A stretch of 64,000 bases of DNA from an uncultured Planctomycetales bacterium. GTDB taxonomy: Bacteria > Omnitrophota > Gorgyraeia > Gygaellales > Profunditerraquicolaceae. The position numbers were made by a program, and so were the translations under genes. Positions 36,873 through 47,000 of this stretch are shown in pieces. The DNA lies in the NCBI GenBank assembly GCA_964542785.1, contig CAZIUK010000003.1, forward strand, positions 12,946 to 76,945. Reading direction: 5' to 3'. Each line of letters opens with the position of its first letter. Position 1 is the first letter of the stretch. The notes beneath the pieces were generated by a model. The model was not told where the DNA came from, ran no database searches, and was given only the letters and a program-made list of their open reading frames with translations.

Positions 36873-39338
36873 ATTTTGGTTGCGTGTTTTTTTGTTGTCG
36901 CAGCGCAGGCAGAGGTCTTGGTAATTAAAGCTCCCTTAACTTGGGGGCTTGATAAATCCGCAGAATACCCTTTGCCAAAAGTATTAAACGGTATTTATAC
37001 AACTGACCAGTTTGTAGCTACTGAAGGACAAGTTAGCGCTATTACGATGAATTGGGAATCAAGGGGCGCTATATCAATGGAGGTAAGCGCTGATAATGGG
37101 CTGCATTATACTCCGGTAATAAATGGCGTTCCTTTAGAGAGCGGTTTTGTAAGTGGAGATAGGATTCGCTGGCGGGCACAAGCGCTAAATGAGGATGCGC
37201 AGTTAACAGCGGTGAATCTTTCTTATTCTGATACATCCGGAGTAATAGGGGATTTTGGCCAGCCACTTTTAAGCGGATTTATGTACCGTAAAGAATTTAT
37301 AGTGCGCAATGATTCTAGAGAAGATTTATACAATTATCAGATGAAGCTAAGAATAGGGGAAAGTGAATTAGCCAAGGATGCTGATATCTGCCTTTCTAAA
37401 AAAGCAAAAGAGGATTTTAGCGATATAAGAATTAGCGCATCTGATGGTAAGCGTATTTTATCCTATTATCTTGAAAGCATAGAAGGCGAGCTTCCAGGAA
37501 AGCGCAGTGCTGTAATTTGGGTTAATATTCCTCAACTGCCAAAAGAAAAAGATTTAAAGCTTTACCTATATTATGGGAATCCGCAGGCTTTAAGTTTATC
37601 AAGCGGCGAGCAGACGTTTGATTTTTTTGATGATTTTAAAGACCCTGCCAAGAGCAATGAGAAATGGATAACCTATACAGAAAAAAACGGTACCTTGCAA
37701 TTAAAAAATGGGGAAATTAAGCTTGATGCAGCCGAAGCCATTACAAAAGATTTTCTTTTTAAAGAAGGAATTGTTGAGTATCCCGTAGAGATTGAGAGCG
37801 GTTTTGAAAACAGTTTAAACTTGCGTGTCCAGAATGGTAACTCTTATGATATTCCGCTTTGGTCGGGTTATTCTTCTTTATACAAAGGTGCAGAGCATTG
37901 CATTGCTGTAGAGGGGACAGTAAGAAATAATGACACAACTGCTCTACCTTCTTTTGCCGGAAATAGGTATTACTACCGTTTTGAATATTTTAATGGTAAT
38001 ATAGTCTTTAGCCGTTTTGATGCTTTGACTAAAGAAAAGCAGGCAGAGGCAGTCTTTAAGTCTGATTCTTTGCAAAAAATAGGCTATCTGTCTTTGCGTT
38101 CCGGAGGTGACGGGAATGGCAAGAATGTTATTCGTTTTGGCGCTATACTTGTGCGTAAAGCTGCTTTAATCAAACCGTATTTTGTTTCAGCAGGAAAAGA
38201 AGAGCAACTCTCTTTGCCTATTTTTTCCGGTACAACTCTTTCTTCTTTTGGGAGCCTTACTTTGGCCAAAGGGGCAATGAGCGGGCATTATATTTCAAGT
38301 AATATCCGAAGCGAAGACCAGATAAGGATCATGATCCCTGACTGGGATATTGATTCTCTTGGAGGAGAGTTTATCTTACATCTTTCTGCTGATGCCGGCG
38401 GGTCATATAAGAAAGGCTGCGAAAAGGGGAAGTATTATTATGCTTCAAAAAAGGATTTTGTCCCCGGGAAAAACTTAAAGATACGCATTGACCTTTTAAA
38501 AGGGGCAGGCTCCGAAGTCGAAAAAGTCGCTGTCCCCTTTGTGAAGGTGGAGCATAGGGCAGGAAAGGTAAATATTATTTCACCTAATGGCAGAGAGGTC
38601 TGGGAGGTAGGAAGCAGTAAGAAGATTAGCTGGAGTGCCTTGGATTACGATGAAACTTATCTTTTTGATTTAGCTTACTCTGTCAATGGAGGAAAGGATT
38701 ATATTGAGATTATAGCCAATAAAGATAATGATGGAGTTTATACTTGGGTTGTCCCGGATAAAATTACTAAAATCGCAAAGATAAAGATATCTGATTCTTT
38801 GGATAAAGGTATTTATGATCTTTCCGATGCTTATTTTTCTATTGTAGCTAGAGAAGATTTAAGCATTCAGGAAGAGAAAAAAGAAGAAGCAGGGGTAGTA
38901 GTGCAGGCAGCGCTAAAAGATAAAGCCAGTAAAGAGAGCAAAGATAAGAAAGATAAAGTTACTAAAGAAAGCAAAAAGAAGAAAGATAAAGTTAGCAAAG
39001 AGAACAAAAAGTTGCCGGGGAAAAATCTTTATGATCTTTTAATTAAGATAGGCGATAGCAGGTCTTCCTACAGCGAGGGGGATATTGTTATCTTAAGGCC
39101 TTCAGGTTATATTTGGAGCGTTGAAGAGAGGGAGAAGTTTTTGATTGCGCAGGTATACCTAACTGAAAAGCAGGCTGAGGAATTAACCTCTCCTTTAAAA
39201 ACAAAGGATGGAGAGATATTAAGCCGCAGGAAATATAGGATTAACTTGCTTAAGCAGGGGCTTAAAGGTTTGACAGGGTCAATTAAAAGGCCAAAGGGCT
39301 CTTTTGAGGCAGGGGTTATTGAGGATAAGGCAAATTAG
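36849..39338 (+). CDS. Large secreted protein (~830 aa) of unknown function with a K/E-rich low-complexity segment
   Basis: The likely start at 36849 gives the signal peptide MIKKVAVPILVACFFVVAAQA. The track start 36768 lies within a TATAAT-like element and runs through the microsatellite and REP. The K/E-rich segment is KDKASKESKDKKDKVTKESKKKKDKVSKENKK. Confidence 0.5.
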   Translation: MIKKVAVPILVACFFVVAAQAEVLVIKAPLTWGLDKSAEYPLPKVLNGIYTTDQFVATEGQVSAITMNWESRGAISMEVSADNGLHYTPVINGVPLESGFVSGDRIRWRAQALNEDAQLTAVNLSYSDTSGVIGDFGQPLLSGFMYRKEFIVRNDSREDLYNYQMKLRIGESELAKDADICLSKKAKEDFSDIRISASDGKRILSYYLESIEGELPGKRSAVIWVNIPQLPKEKDLKLYLYYGNPQALSLSSGEQTFDFFDDFKDPAKSNEKWITYTEKNGTLQLKNGEIKLDAAEAITKDFLFKEGIVEYPVEIESGFENSLNLRVQNGNSYDIPLWSGYSSLYKGAEHCIAVEGTVRNNDTTALPSFAGNRYYYRFEYFNGNIVFSRFDALTKEKQAEAVFKSDSLQKIGYLSLRSGGDGNGKNVIRFGAILVRKAALIKPYFVSAGKEEQLSLPIFSGTTLSSFGSLTLAKGAMSGHYISSNIRSEDQIRIMIPDWDIDSLGGEFILHLSADAGGSYKKGCEKGKYYYASKKDFVPGKNLKIRIDLLKGAGSEVEKVAVPFVKVEHRAGKVNIISPNGREVWEVGSSKKISWSALDYDETYLFDLAYSVNGGKDYIEIIANKDNDGVYTWVVPDKITKIAKIKISDSLDKGIYDLSDAYFSIVAREDLSIQEEKKEEAGVVVQAALKDKASKESKDKKDKVTKESKKKKDKVSKENKKLPGKNLYDLLIKIGDSRSSYSEGDIVILRPSGYIWSVEEREKFLIAQVYLTEKQAEELTSPLKTKDGEILSRRKYRINLLKQGLKGLTGSIKRPKGSFEAGVIEDKAN
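38526..38537 (-). repeat. REP-like single copy (GTCGCTGTCCCC) embedded inside the coding sequence
   Basis: GAAGTCGAAAAAGTCGCTGTCCCCTTT is translated as EVEKVAVPF, the same KVAVP peptide as in the signal peptide. Confidence 0.6.
38931..39011 (+). repeat. 33-bp imperfect tandem repeat (about 2.4 units) encoding the KESKDKKDKVT / KESKKKKDKVS low-complexity segment
   Basis: The units are aaagagagcaaagataagaaagataaagttact and aaagaaagcaaaaagaagaaagataaagttagc. Confidence 0.6.
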
Positions 39339-39379
39339 GCAAAGGTATAACTTTTCTTCCTATTAAGGGGGTTTTTAAG

Positions 39380-40987
39380 ATGAGAAAGAAGTTATTAGTC
39401 TTCTGGGTTTTATTTTTTGCTTTAGTATTTTTAAAGAGTACCTTTGCCAATAATATAACTGTAAGCAACCTTTCGCTGGATAACCTGGATTCAGCTTCAG
39501 GCACAGTTGAGATAAAGTTTGATTTAGATTGGGAGAATAGTTTTTCCCCGGAACAAGACCCTGATGCTACAACATTTGACGCAGCGTGGGTATTTGTTAA
39601 GTTTTACAGCGGAGATCCTAAGAAGTGGCATCATGCGCGGCTAAGCGAAGGCGGGACCTTCCAGTTGTATAGCACGGAGACAAAATTAGGGATTACCGAG
39701 GATAGAGTAGGTGTTTTTTGCCGCCCGGGAAACAACCAAACCCTTATCTGGAACTATCGTGATGCAGGAGTCAGCTTGGAAGAGGAGGATATAAAGATTA
39801 AGGTCTTTGCCATTGAGATGGTATATATACCAGAGGGAGAGTTTTATATAGGTTCCGGTATGCTAGAAGCTTATTCGTTTTATGACGCCTCTGATCCTAC
39901 TCGGAGTCAGCCTATTAAAATTACTGCCTCTTCTCCCTGGCTCTCTGATAGGGCTAATGGCGCTGAAGGCACAGGAATACCAGGAGATATAGCGTTTAAT
40001 AAGACTACCAGTCCTGGCTATGGTAATCTGCCAGTAGTAAGAACCCAATTAAACCCTAACTATCCTACAGGATACAAGGGGTTTTATATCGCAAAGTATC
40101 CGATCTCTCAGGGTCAATACAGGGATTTTTTAAATACCCTGACTAGGGAAGAGCAGCATAGGCTGGTTGGGAAAACTATAAGTGACACTAACGCATCTTT
40201 CTCACTTCCTGACAATATCCCTCCAGGAACAACAGAGGTAACTAATGTATATGTAATGGAGAATTCTCCCGCCTTAACTAGGCGTGTTTCAATAAGATGC
40301 GATAGCCAGATAGATGCGTATGCTCCGGTAACTTTTTACTGCGACTTAAATGGAAACGGTATTCCTAATGAAGAAGATGATGGAGAGTGGCTCCCGATGA
40401 GTGACATCTGGTGGCACTTTAACGGAGCATTCTGTGATTGGGCAGGGTTGCGGCCTATAACTGAATTAGAATATGAAAAAGCCTGCCGCGGTCCAGTTTA
40501 TCCTGTCCCAGGGGAATTGGCTCATGGGCTTTCTAACGTTAATTATCTTTCGGTTTCCGCTGCCCAGGTAGGTAACCCCGGGCGAATTGATGAGTATGCA
40601 ACTAATAACGGGAACTTTCGTTGGATATATGGTACCTCGTGGATAATGCGGGTAGGTTTTGCCGCGACCCCTAATTCTACCAGGGAATCAGCAATTTCTT
40701 CTTATTATGGGGTAATGGATATGACATCCCAGGTTAGTACTCCTGTTGTAAGTGTAGTTGCTCTTACTTTTGACGGACAACATGGAGATGGAGAGTTAGA
40801 CGCGTCAGTAAACACAGTGCATAATGTGCCTAACTGGCCTACAGATCATGCAGGCTGGCGCTCCGGTGACAGGAATTATGTGAGTGCGGTTTCGTACCGT
40901 TATTCTGATAGCAATCTGGATCCTTTAGTATGGAAAAAGAATCGTACTGGAAATAGCAGTATACGTCCTTGCCGGACTGCTTATTAG
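39380..40987 (+). CDS. Secreted protein with an FGE-sulfatase (SUMF1/formylglycine-generating-enzyme-like) domain
   Basis: It has a signal peptide. KGFYIAKYPISQGQYRDFL and WWHFNGAFCDWAGLRPITELEYEKACRG resemble the conserved FGE-sulfatase domain blocks (...GKYEVTQ.QY..F / SW.DA.AFC.W...RLPTEAEWEYAARG). Confidence 0.55.
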   Translation: MRKKLLVFWVLFFALVFLKSTFANNITVSNLSLDNLDSASGTVEIKFDLDWENSFSPEQDPDATTFDAAWVFVKFYSGDPKKWHHARLSEGGTFQLYSTETKLGITEDRVGVFCRPGNNQTLIWNYRDAGVSLEEEDIKIKVFAIEMVYIPEGEFYIGSGMLEAYSFYDASDPTRSQPIKITASSPWLSDRANGAEGTGIPGDIAFNKTTSPGYGNLPVVRTQLNPNYPTGYKGFYIAKYPISQGQYRDFLNTLTREEQHRLVGKTISDTNASFSLPDNIPPGTTEVTNVYVMENSPALTRRVSIRCDSQIDAYAPVTFYCDLNGNGIPNEEDDGEWLPMSDIWWHFNGAFCDWAGLRPITELEYEKACRGPVYPVPGELAHGLSNVNYLSVSAAQVGNPGRIDEYATNNGNFRWIYGTSWIMRVGFAATPNSTRESAISSYYGVMDMTSQVSTPVVSVVALTFDGQHGDGELDASVNTVHNVPNWPTDHAGWRSGDRNYVSAVSYRYSDSNLDPLVWKKNRTGNSSIRPCRTAY

Positions 40988-41036
40988 GAAGTTAACAGGT
41001 TTTTGTAGGATTAAAGAGGATTTAAAAGAGGGAAAG

Positions 41037-43922
41037 ATGGAAAAGAAAGAGAGAATAAACATAATAATTTCAGTAATTCTTATTCTTACGGCAGCATCCC
41101 TGTTTTTTCCGCTTTCTTCTGCCTTTGCCGGCCAATTTACCGGAGGTATCGGCGACGGAGATGCTTGTGCAGAGGTCTCTCTCTCCTCTCTGGCTACGGT
41201 TCCAGAAGTAGTTTCAAAGATTATCCGGGCAGGGGAGGAGATATTATCTATCAGCCGCTTAAATAACAAAGTTACCGTTGTCTTGACTAACCCCTACCCT
41301 AATAATAACCTTAAACCCGGCCAGTATATTGTGATTTATACCGGGATCTCTGGGACTCCTTCTTTTAACGGCAGATTCTTAATTGATAGCGTCTTAAGCC
41401 AAAGCGAGTTTACCTATCAGCAGGGAGGCAGTAATGAGTCAGGGTCTATAGGAAGCTTTAGTTTTGCCGGAGGAGATTTTAGTACCCTTACTAGCTGGGA
41501 GGCTGATTTACCGTATGATTTAGCCAGTACAGGCACGCCGCATATCGCCGTATGTTATAATGATTGGGTATCAGGGCTTAAAGATAACCTTGTGGTTGAA
41601 GGACATACAACCACCCCTAAATATTATATAAAAATTACTCCTTTTAGGCTTGACCGAAATACTGGGAAACCAAAGTCAGGCTTTTTTATTGCTCCTTCAA
41701 GCGGAAATGCAATAATCCTCCAGGATAATGCTGATTTGGTGCTTGATAGTATTGAAGCTACTGCTCCGGTAGTGATCAATGCCGGAGTAGCCCGGGTTGA
41801 TGATCGTTCCATCTATTCAAAGTTAGAGGTAGGTAGCGGCGCGACCTTGGCTCTTAGCGGGGCGAATTTTGGTAATTTAAAAGAGATGGTTATAAACGCA
41901 GGTTCAACCCTTGAATATCTTGACGGTGATTCTTCTTCTTTAGACAACCCAATAGCCTTGCTTAACCAGGATCACCATCATCTTAAGCTTTCTAAGGGGT
42001 TTTTTAAGTTACCGGCAGATAATTTTACTATTATGGGTAATATTGATATCGGATCACAGGCAAGCTTGGATGCGACAGAAAATAATTATAATATCAAAGT
42101 TGCAGGAGATTGGTTCTGTTTGGGGAATTTTAATTCGCGCGTGGCAGGAGTGGAATTTAACGGAACTAACCAAAAGATATCCGGGTCAACTTCTTTCTTT
42201 AATTTTAGAAAAGATAACTCAGGCCCTGGTACCTTAATCTTGACCTTTGAAAGCGCATCTCTTCAGACTGTCAAAGGCAGGCTTGACTTAGGAAGAGGAA
42301 GCAGGGAAAATTTTTTAAAGTTGCGCAGCAGCCAGGAGGGGAGTCAGTGGGAGCTTGACCTTCAGGGAGATAGCTTAGCCGGGTTTGTAAATGTAAAGGA
42401 TTCTGATGCTTCCAGGGGAAATAAGGTTTATGCTACAGCTTCTTTGGATTCCGGGAATAATGATAATTGGGAGTTTAACAGCGCTGAAGGAGGGCCTATC
42501 CAGTCTGTGAGCGTTTCTCCTTCAAGCGGGTATCGAAAGATCGGAGAGAGTGTAGGGTTTACAATTAAAATCAAGCCGCAATATTCTAACAGCACTCTTT
42601 TGTATTATGAATCTTATTTTGGAAACCATTTAATTGAGCTAACCAGGGAAGAAGACGGTATAACTTTTAATGGTTCCTATATAGTTAAAGAGGGTGATCC
42701 TGATATAGCTGATCCTTCTTTGTCAGGCAGGCTTGAGATTATGCCTTTTGGGGGAGCTACATCTCTTTTTAGCGCGATTTTATCTAAAACCACTCTGTAT
42801 ATAGATGCTAATAAGCCGGTAGTAAGTAGTGGAAACATCTTAGTTACCACTAGTCCTGATAATGGTGAATTTTATCGCGCTGGCGAAGATATTACTCTTA
42901 CCTGGGATAATTCTGCTTCTGGAGACGGGAGCCATAATCCGGATATTGCCCTAGTTACCGCTGATTTTTCAGCTTTAGGCGGAAGTTCTGCTGTAGAGAT
43001 GTCAGAGAGCGAAGGTATTTATACCGCAAGCTATACAGTTTCTGCTGAGAGTATAAATGGTACCCATGATATCTTAGTTACTGTTACGGATAAGGCCGGC
43101 AACCAGACCTCTCTTGCCGCCCCTACAAAGGTAAGAGTTGTCTCTGGCTCTCTTACGCTTACCAGCCCCACTACCCCGGTAAGCTATGTTGCCGGAACAA
43201 CCCAGAAGATAACCTGGAATGCTTCTGGAGATATAAGTACGGTAAATTTAAAATATTCCATTGATTCAGGACAAAGTTATAAGACCATTAACACTGTAGG
43301 GTCTTTGACCGGGGGGAATACTTGTGACTGGGTAGTTCCTAGCGATATAACTTCTAAGGCCCGGGTTAAGGTTGAGGATACTGCCATTAAGCAGGTTTAT
43401 AGCGCCTCAAGCGTAGATTTTAGCATTGTTTATCCTTCTGTTACTATTACCAGTCCTAATGGAGGGGAGTCTTGGACAGCAGGCTCTAAACAGAATATTA
43501 CTTGGACAACGAATTCACCTTTAGTGACTCATCTTAAACTTGAATATTCTGTTGATGGAGGATCAAGCTGGAATTTAATTGCCGCAGCAGTTCCTAATAC
43601 AGGATCATATTTATGGAAACTGGATAACCTTTTTGCTGTAGATACTGTTAGGGTAAGGGCGACAGGCTTAGCCCGTAATCAAATGTTAACTTTAGGCGGA
43701 AGCGCTATGGACAAAGTTTCTTCTGGCGCTTGGCTGGAGGATAACTATAAGGTTTTAGCCATAGAGGTCTTAAGTGATTTTAACGCAGGAGACACTCTGC
43801 TGATATCTGGTCTAAAGTTCGGTAATTTTATTGTCTCTCCTGCGAATAACCTGAAGTTAAGCGCTGGAAGTAATTCTGTTATAGATGATAAGAAGATTAC
43901 AGTTATAGCGCCTTCTGTTTAG
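41037..43922 (+). CDS. Large secreted surface protein with repeated Ig-like/beta-sandwich modules
   Basis: It has a signal peptide or TM segment. Repeated modules include ITWNASGDISTVNLKYSIDSGQSYKTIN and ITWTTNSPLVTHLKLEYSVDGGSSWNLIA. Confidence 0.5.
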   Translation: MEKKERINIIISVILILTAASLFFPLSSAFAGQFTGGIGDGDACAEVSLSSLATVPEVVSKIIRAGEEILSISRLNNKVTVVLTNPYPNNNLKPGQYIVIYTGISGTPSFNGRFLIDSVLSQSEFTYQQGGSNESGSIGSFSFAGGDFSTLTSWEADLPYDLASTGTPHIAVCYNDWVSGLKDNLVVEGHTTTPKYYIKITPFRLDRNTGKPKSGFFIAPSSGNAIILQDNADLVLDSIEATAPVVINAGVARVDDRSIYSKLEVGSGATLALSGANFGNLKEMVINAGSTLEYLDGDSSSLDNPIALLNQDHHHLKLSKGFFKLPADNFTIMGNIDIGSQASLDATENNYNIKVAGDWFCLGNFNSRVAGVEFNGTNQKISGSTSFFNFRKDNSGPGTLILTFESASLQTVKGRLDLGRGSRENFLKLRSSQEGSQWELDLQGDSLAGFVNVKDSDASRGNKVYATASLDSGNNDNWEFNSAEGGPIQSVSVSPSSGYRKIGESVGFTIKIKPQYSNSTLLYYESYFGNHLIELTREEDGITFNGSYIVKEGDPDIADPSLSGRLEIMPFGGATSLFSAILSKTTLYIDANKPVVSSGNILVTTSPDNGEFYRAGEDITLTWDNSASGDGSHNPDIALVTADFSALGGSSAVEMSESEGIYTASYTVSAESINGTHDILVTVTDKAGNQTSLAAPTKVRVVSGSLTLTSPTTPVSYVAGTTQKITWNASGDISTVNLKYSIDSGQSYKTINTVGSLTGGNTCDWVVPSDITSKARVKVEDTAIKQVYSASSVDFSIVYPSVTITSPNGGESWTAGSKQNITWTTNSPLVTHLKLEYSVDGGSSWNLIAAAVPNTGSYLWKLDNLFAVDTVRVRATGLARNQMLTLGGSAMDKVSSGAWLEDNYKVLAIEVLSDFNAGDTLLISGLKFGNFIVSPANNLKLSAGSNSVIDDKKITVIAPSV

Positions 43923-44022
43923 CAAGGCGGATTTGGGGATAGTTTTGTTTAGGTAAGGGGATTATAGAGGTTTTAAGATAAGAGTAGTTAGAGATGGTTA
44001 GAAGATGTGGGGTGAATAGATT

Positions 44023-47000
44023 ATGAAGAAAATACTCAAGGTATTATTAATAGGCGGGTTAGCGCTCTGGGGTTATTTTGAATCCGCATCCTTGGCTTTA
44101 GGAGCTAATCTTTCTATCTCAAGCGCGTCTGATCAGACCTTTATCTCTGAGGAAGCGCCTAAGGATGCGCAGGCTATAACCATTACTGATGTATCTGGAT
44201 CCGGCATAATCGTTTCAAGCGGGTTGAGGATACTTATCCCGGATTCTTTCGGGATGCAGTGGCATGGGGCTATGCTTAGGGATGATAGCGTGACTGATAC
44301 CTCTAACGCTGATTTTAGTGTTATTGCCGCGCAGATAATCTCTGCCGGGGTAACCTTGGAAAGTTCAGATGCCGGAGCAACCGGGAGCGTGGAGGTTAAT
44401 TTTACCAGTATAAACTCTATACCTGCTGATGCAAAGATAGTGATTACATTCCCGGATAATTTTGTTTTTAATTCTAAAAGCCCAACTCTTGCTTCTTCTG
44501 CCACAATGAGCGGGGATTTTAGTGTTAGTATTACTGGGCAGGTTATAACAGTTACCCGCAACTCAACTTCGGCTTCTTCTGCTGGAAGCCACTTAATTAC
44601 CTTAACTAATATTAAGAATCCGATTAGGCCGGGAACAACTGGGGCATATTCATTGAAGATCCAGACTCTGGCGGGGTTTGATATTGATGTGAATAATGAT
44701 TTAGCCGCTTCCACGATTGTCCCTGCGGCAACTTCCCGTATAACTTTAAATTCTCCGGATGATATGACTGCAGGCGCAGCGCGCGCAGCCTACACCTTAA
44801 CCCGTTATGATGAGTACGGTAATTTAAGTACACAAGAGGAAGAAGTCTTTGACATTTCAACTACCTCTACCGGGGATAATGCTGTTTTCTACAATGATGC
44901 TACTGCAAGCGAAGCCGGGAATATCATTACCAGTATCACTATCCCCCAGGGTTCTTCTTCGGTTAACTTCTGGTATGACGATACCAAGATGGGGGCGTAT
45001 ACAATTGCGGCTATTAAATCAGATCAGCCTGAGATTACCGTTTCTGATGGTATAAATGTAAAGCATGCTGAACCGGATCATTTAAGGTTTGTTTCTGATA
45101 TACCTACTGCGGATGCCAAGCAGGTCTCTGTGCAGTTTAACCTGCCTCAGCTTGCTGCTGTTGACCGTTATGATAATATACTTACTAATGACTACGGAGC
45201 TGCTGCTTATTCCGGGAATAAGGCTATAACCTATTCCTTAAGCGGTCAAAGAGACGCTCCCGACGGAAATGGGACAGATCTTTTTTATTCCGACAATGTA
45301 GCTTCGGCGAAGGTAAATTTTACTAACGGCCTCTCAACAAATGCCCTTAGCGCTAAGTTATACCGGGCGCAGAATACGGTTATATCCCCGGCGGATAGTA
45401 ATCTTCCCAGCGAGAGTCTTCCTTCTAACGAGATTATTGTTAACCCGGCTACAGCGACAAAACTGGTCTTTAAACAGCAGCCTTCTGGCAGTGCGATAGT
45501 CAACTCTGCCTTTTTACAACAGCCGGTAGTAGCTATCCAGGATCATTACGGCAACCAGACTTTGGATATATTCCCGATAAAGCTCTATGATTCTATCCGT
45601 TCGGAATTTCCTTATGCCGATGCTCCTGGAATTTTAACTTCTGACCACGAGGATAATACATTAAATGCCGTTGCAGGCGAGGCGTCTTTTAGCGGGGTTG
45701 AATATAATGCCTCAGGTGTAATATACCTGTATGCCCAAGGATTAGGCGCAGGCAGCAATGTTAACCCTGTTTTTTCAAATGAGATAACCCTGGCTACTTC
45801 CGTCACAACCATGGTTAAGGCCGCGGATACTCCTGTAGCTGACTTTAACCTAACTCCTACCAACGATACATTGGAAAAGAAGTTTAAGGTTTTAAAGTTT
45901 AAGGTAACTGATGCCGGAGAAGATAAGACTCCTACATTGATCGATCAGATTAAAATAGCAGTATCCGGCACCGGGGGTCATGCTTCTACAGATATTGCCT
46001 GGGCAGGTTTATATGTAGGAGAAGAAAAGGTGGCGGATGCTGCTTCTATAACAGATGACTTTATTACTTTTGGGCAGGAGCCTAACAGCGATTCTACTGC
46101 AGGTATCTACAGCGTGCCTGATAGTAGCTCTGTTGAATTTACCGTGTATATCCATATGAAGCCGGATAAGTTATCCGCCCTTGACGGCCAGTCGTATATC
46201 TTTACTACTGATGAAGATAGGGTAGGGGTTGACAGAGGGGCTTCTTCGCAAATGACGGCAAGCTCAGGCAGTATAGCCGCTGTTACCGGAACTATTAAAG
46301 TTGATATGACGCATCTTGAGATTGTAACTGAAGAAGGAGCCTCAACATTAACTGTCTCTGCTGGGGTGCCGGTAGAGCTGTTGGTGCGCGCTACCGACGC
46401 TAATAAGAACATAGATAGCGATTATAATGGTAGCCATACCTTAGTCTTCTCAGGGTTAAATAGTGTTGGTACCCTTTACCCAAAGATAGAGAGTGTCCTT
46501 TTTGGCTATAATATAACTATTTCTTTTTCAGGAGGTATTTCTGCTTCTCAAGGAGTTACCCTTACTCCTTATAAGAGCGAGGAAGGTATAATCGTTGTCC
46601 AGGAATCAGGAAAGTCTTACAGTCAGCATGGATTAACTGCCACGATTGTCCCTGCGGCGACTTCCCGTATAACTTTAAATTCTCCGGATGATATGACTGC
46701 AGGCGCAGCGCGCGCAGCCTACACCTTAACCCGTTATGATGAGTACGGTAATTTAAGTACACAAGAGGAAGAAGTCTTTGACATTTCAACTACCTCTACC
46801 GGGGATAATGCTGTTTTCTACAATGATGCTACTGCAAGCGAAGCCGGGAATATCATTACCAGTATCACTATCCCCCAGGGTTCTTCTTCGGTTAACTTCT
46901 GGTATGACGATACCAAGATGGGGGCGTATACAATTGCGGCTATTAAATCAGATCAGCCTGAGATTACCGTTTCTGATGGTATAAATGTAAAGCATGCTGA

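Noticed and set aside
38918-39011. The K/E-rich 33-bp tandem repeat, considered as a possible CRISPR-like or regulatory array.
   Set aside because: It is in frame inside a long CDS and encodes low-complexity KESKDKKDKV units. There is no repeat-spacer architecture.
42043-42237. A 64-aa + strand ORF overlapping the 961-aa gene in another frame.
   Set aside because: It lies inside a longer ORF with coherent repeated modules and carries no signal of its own.
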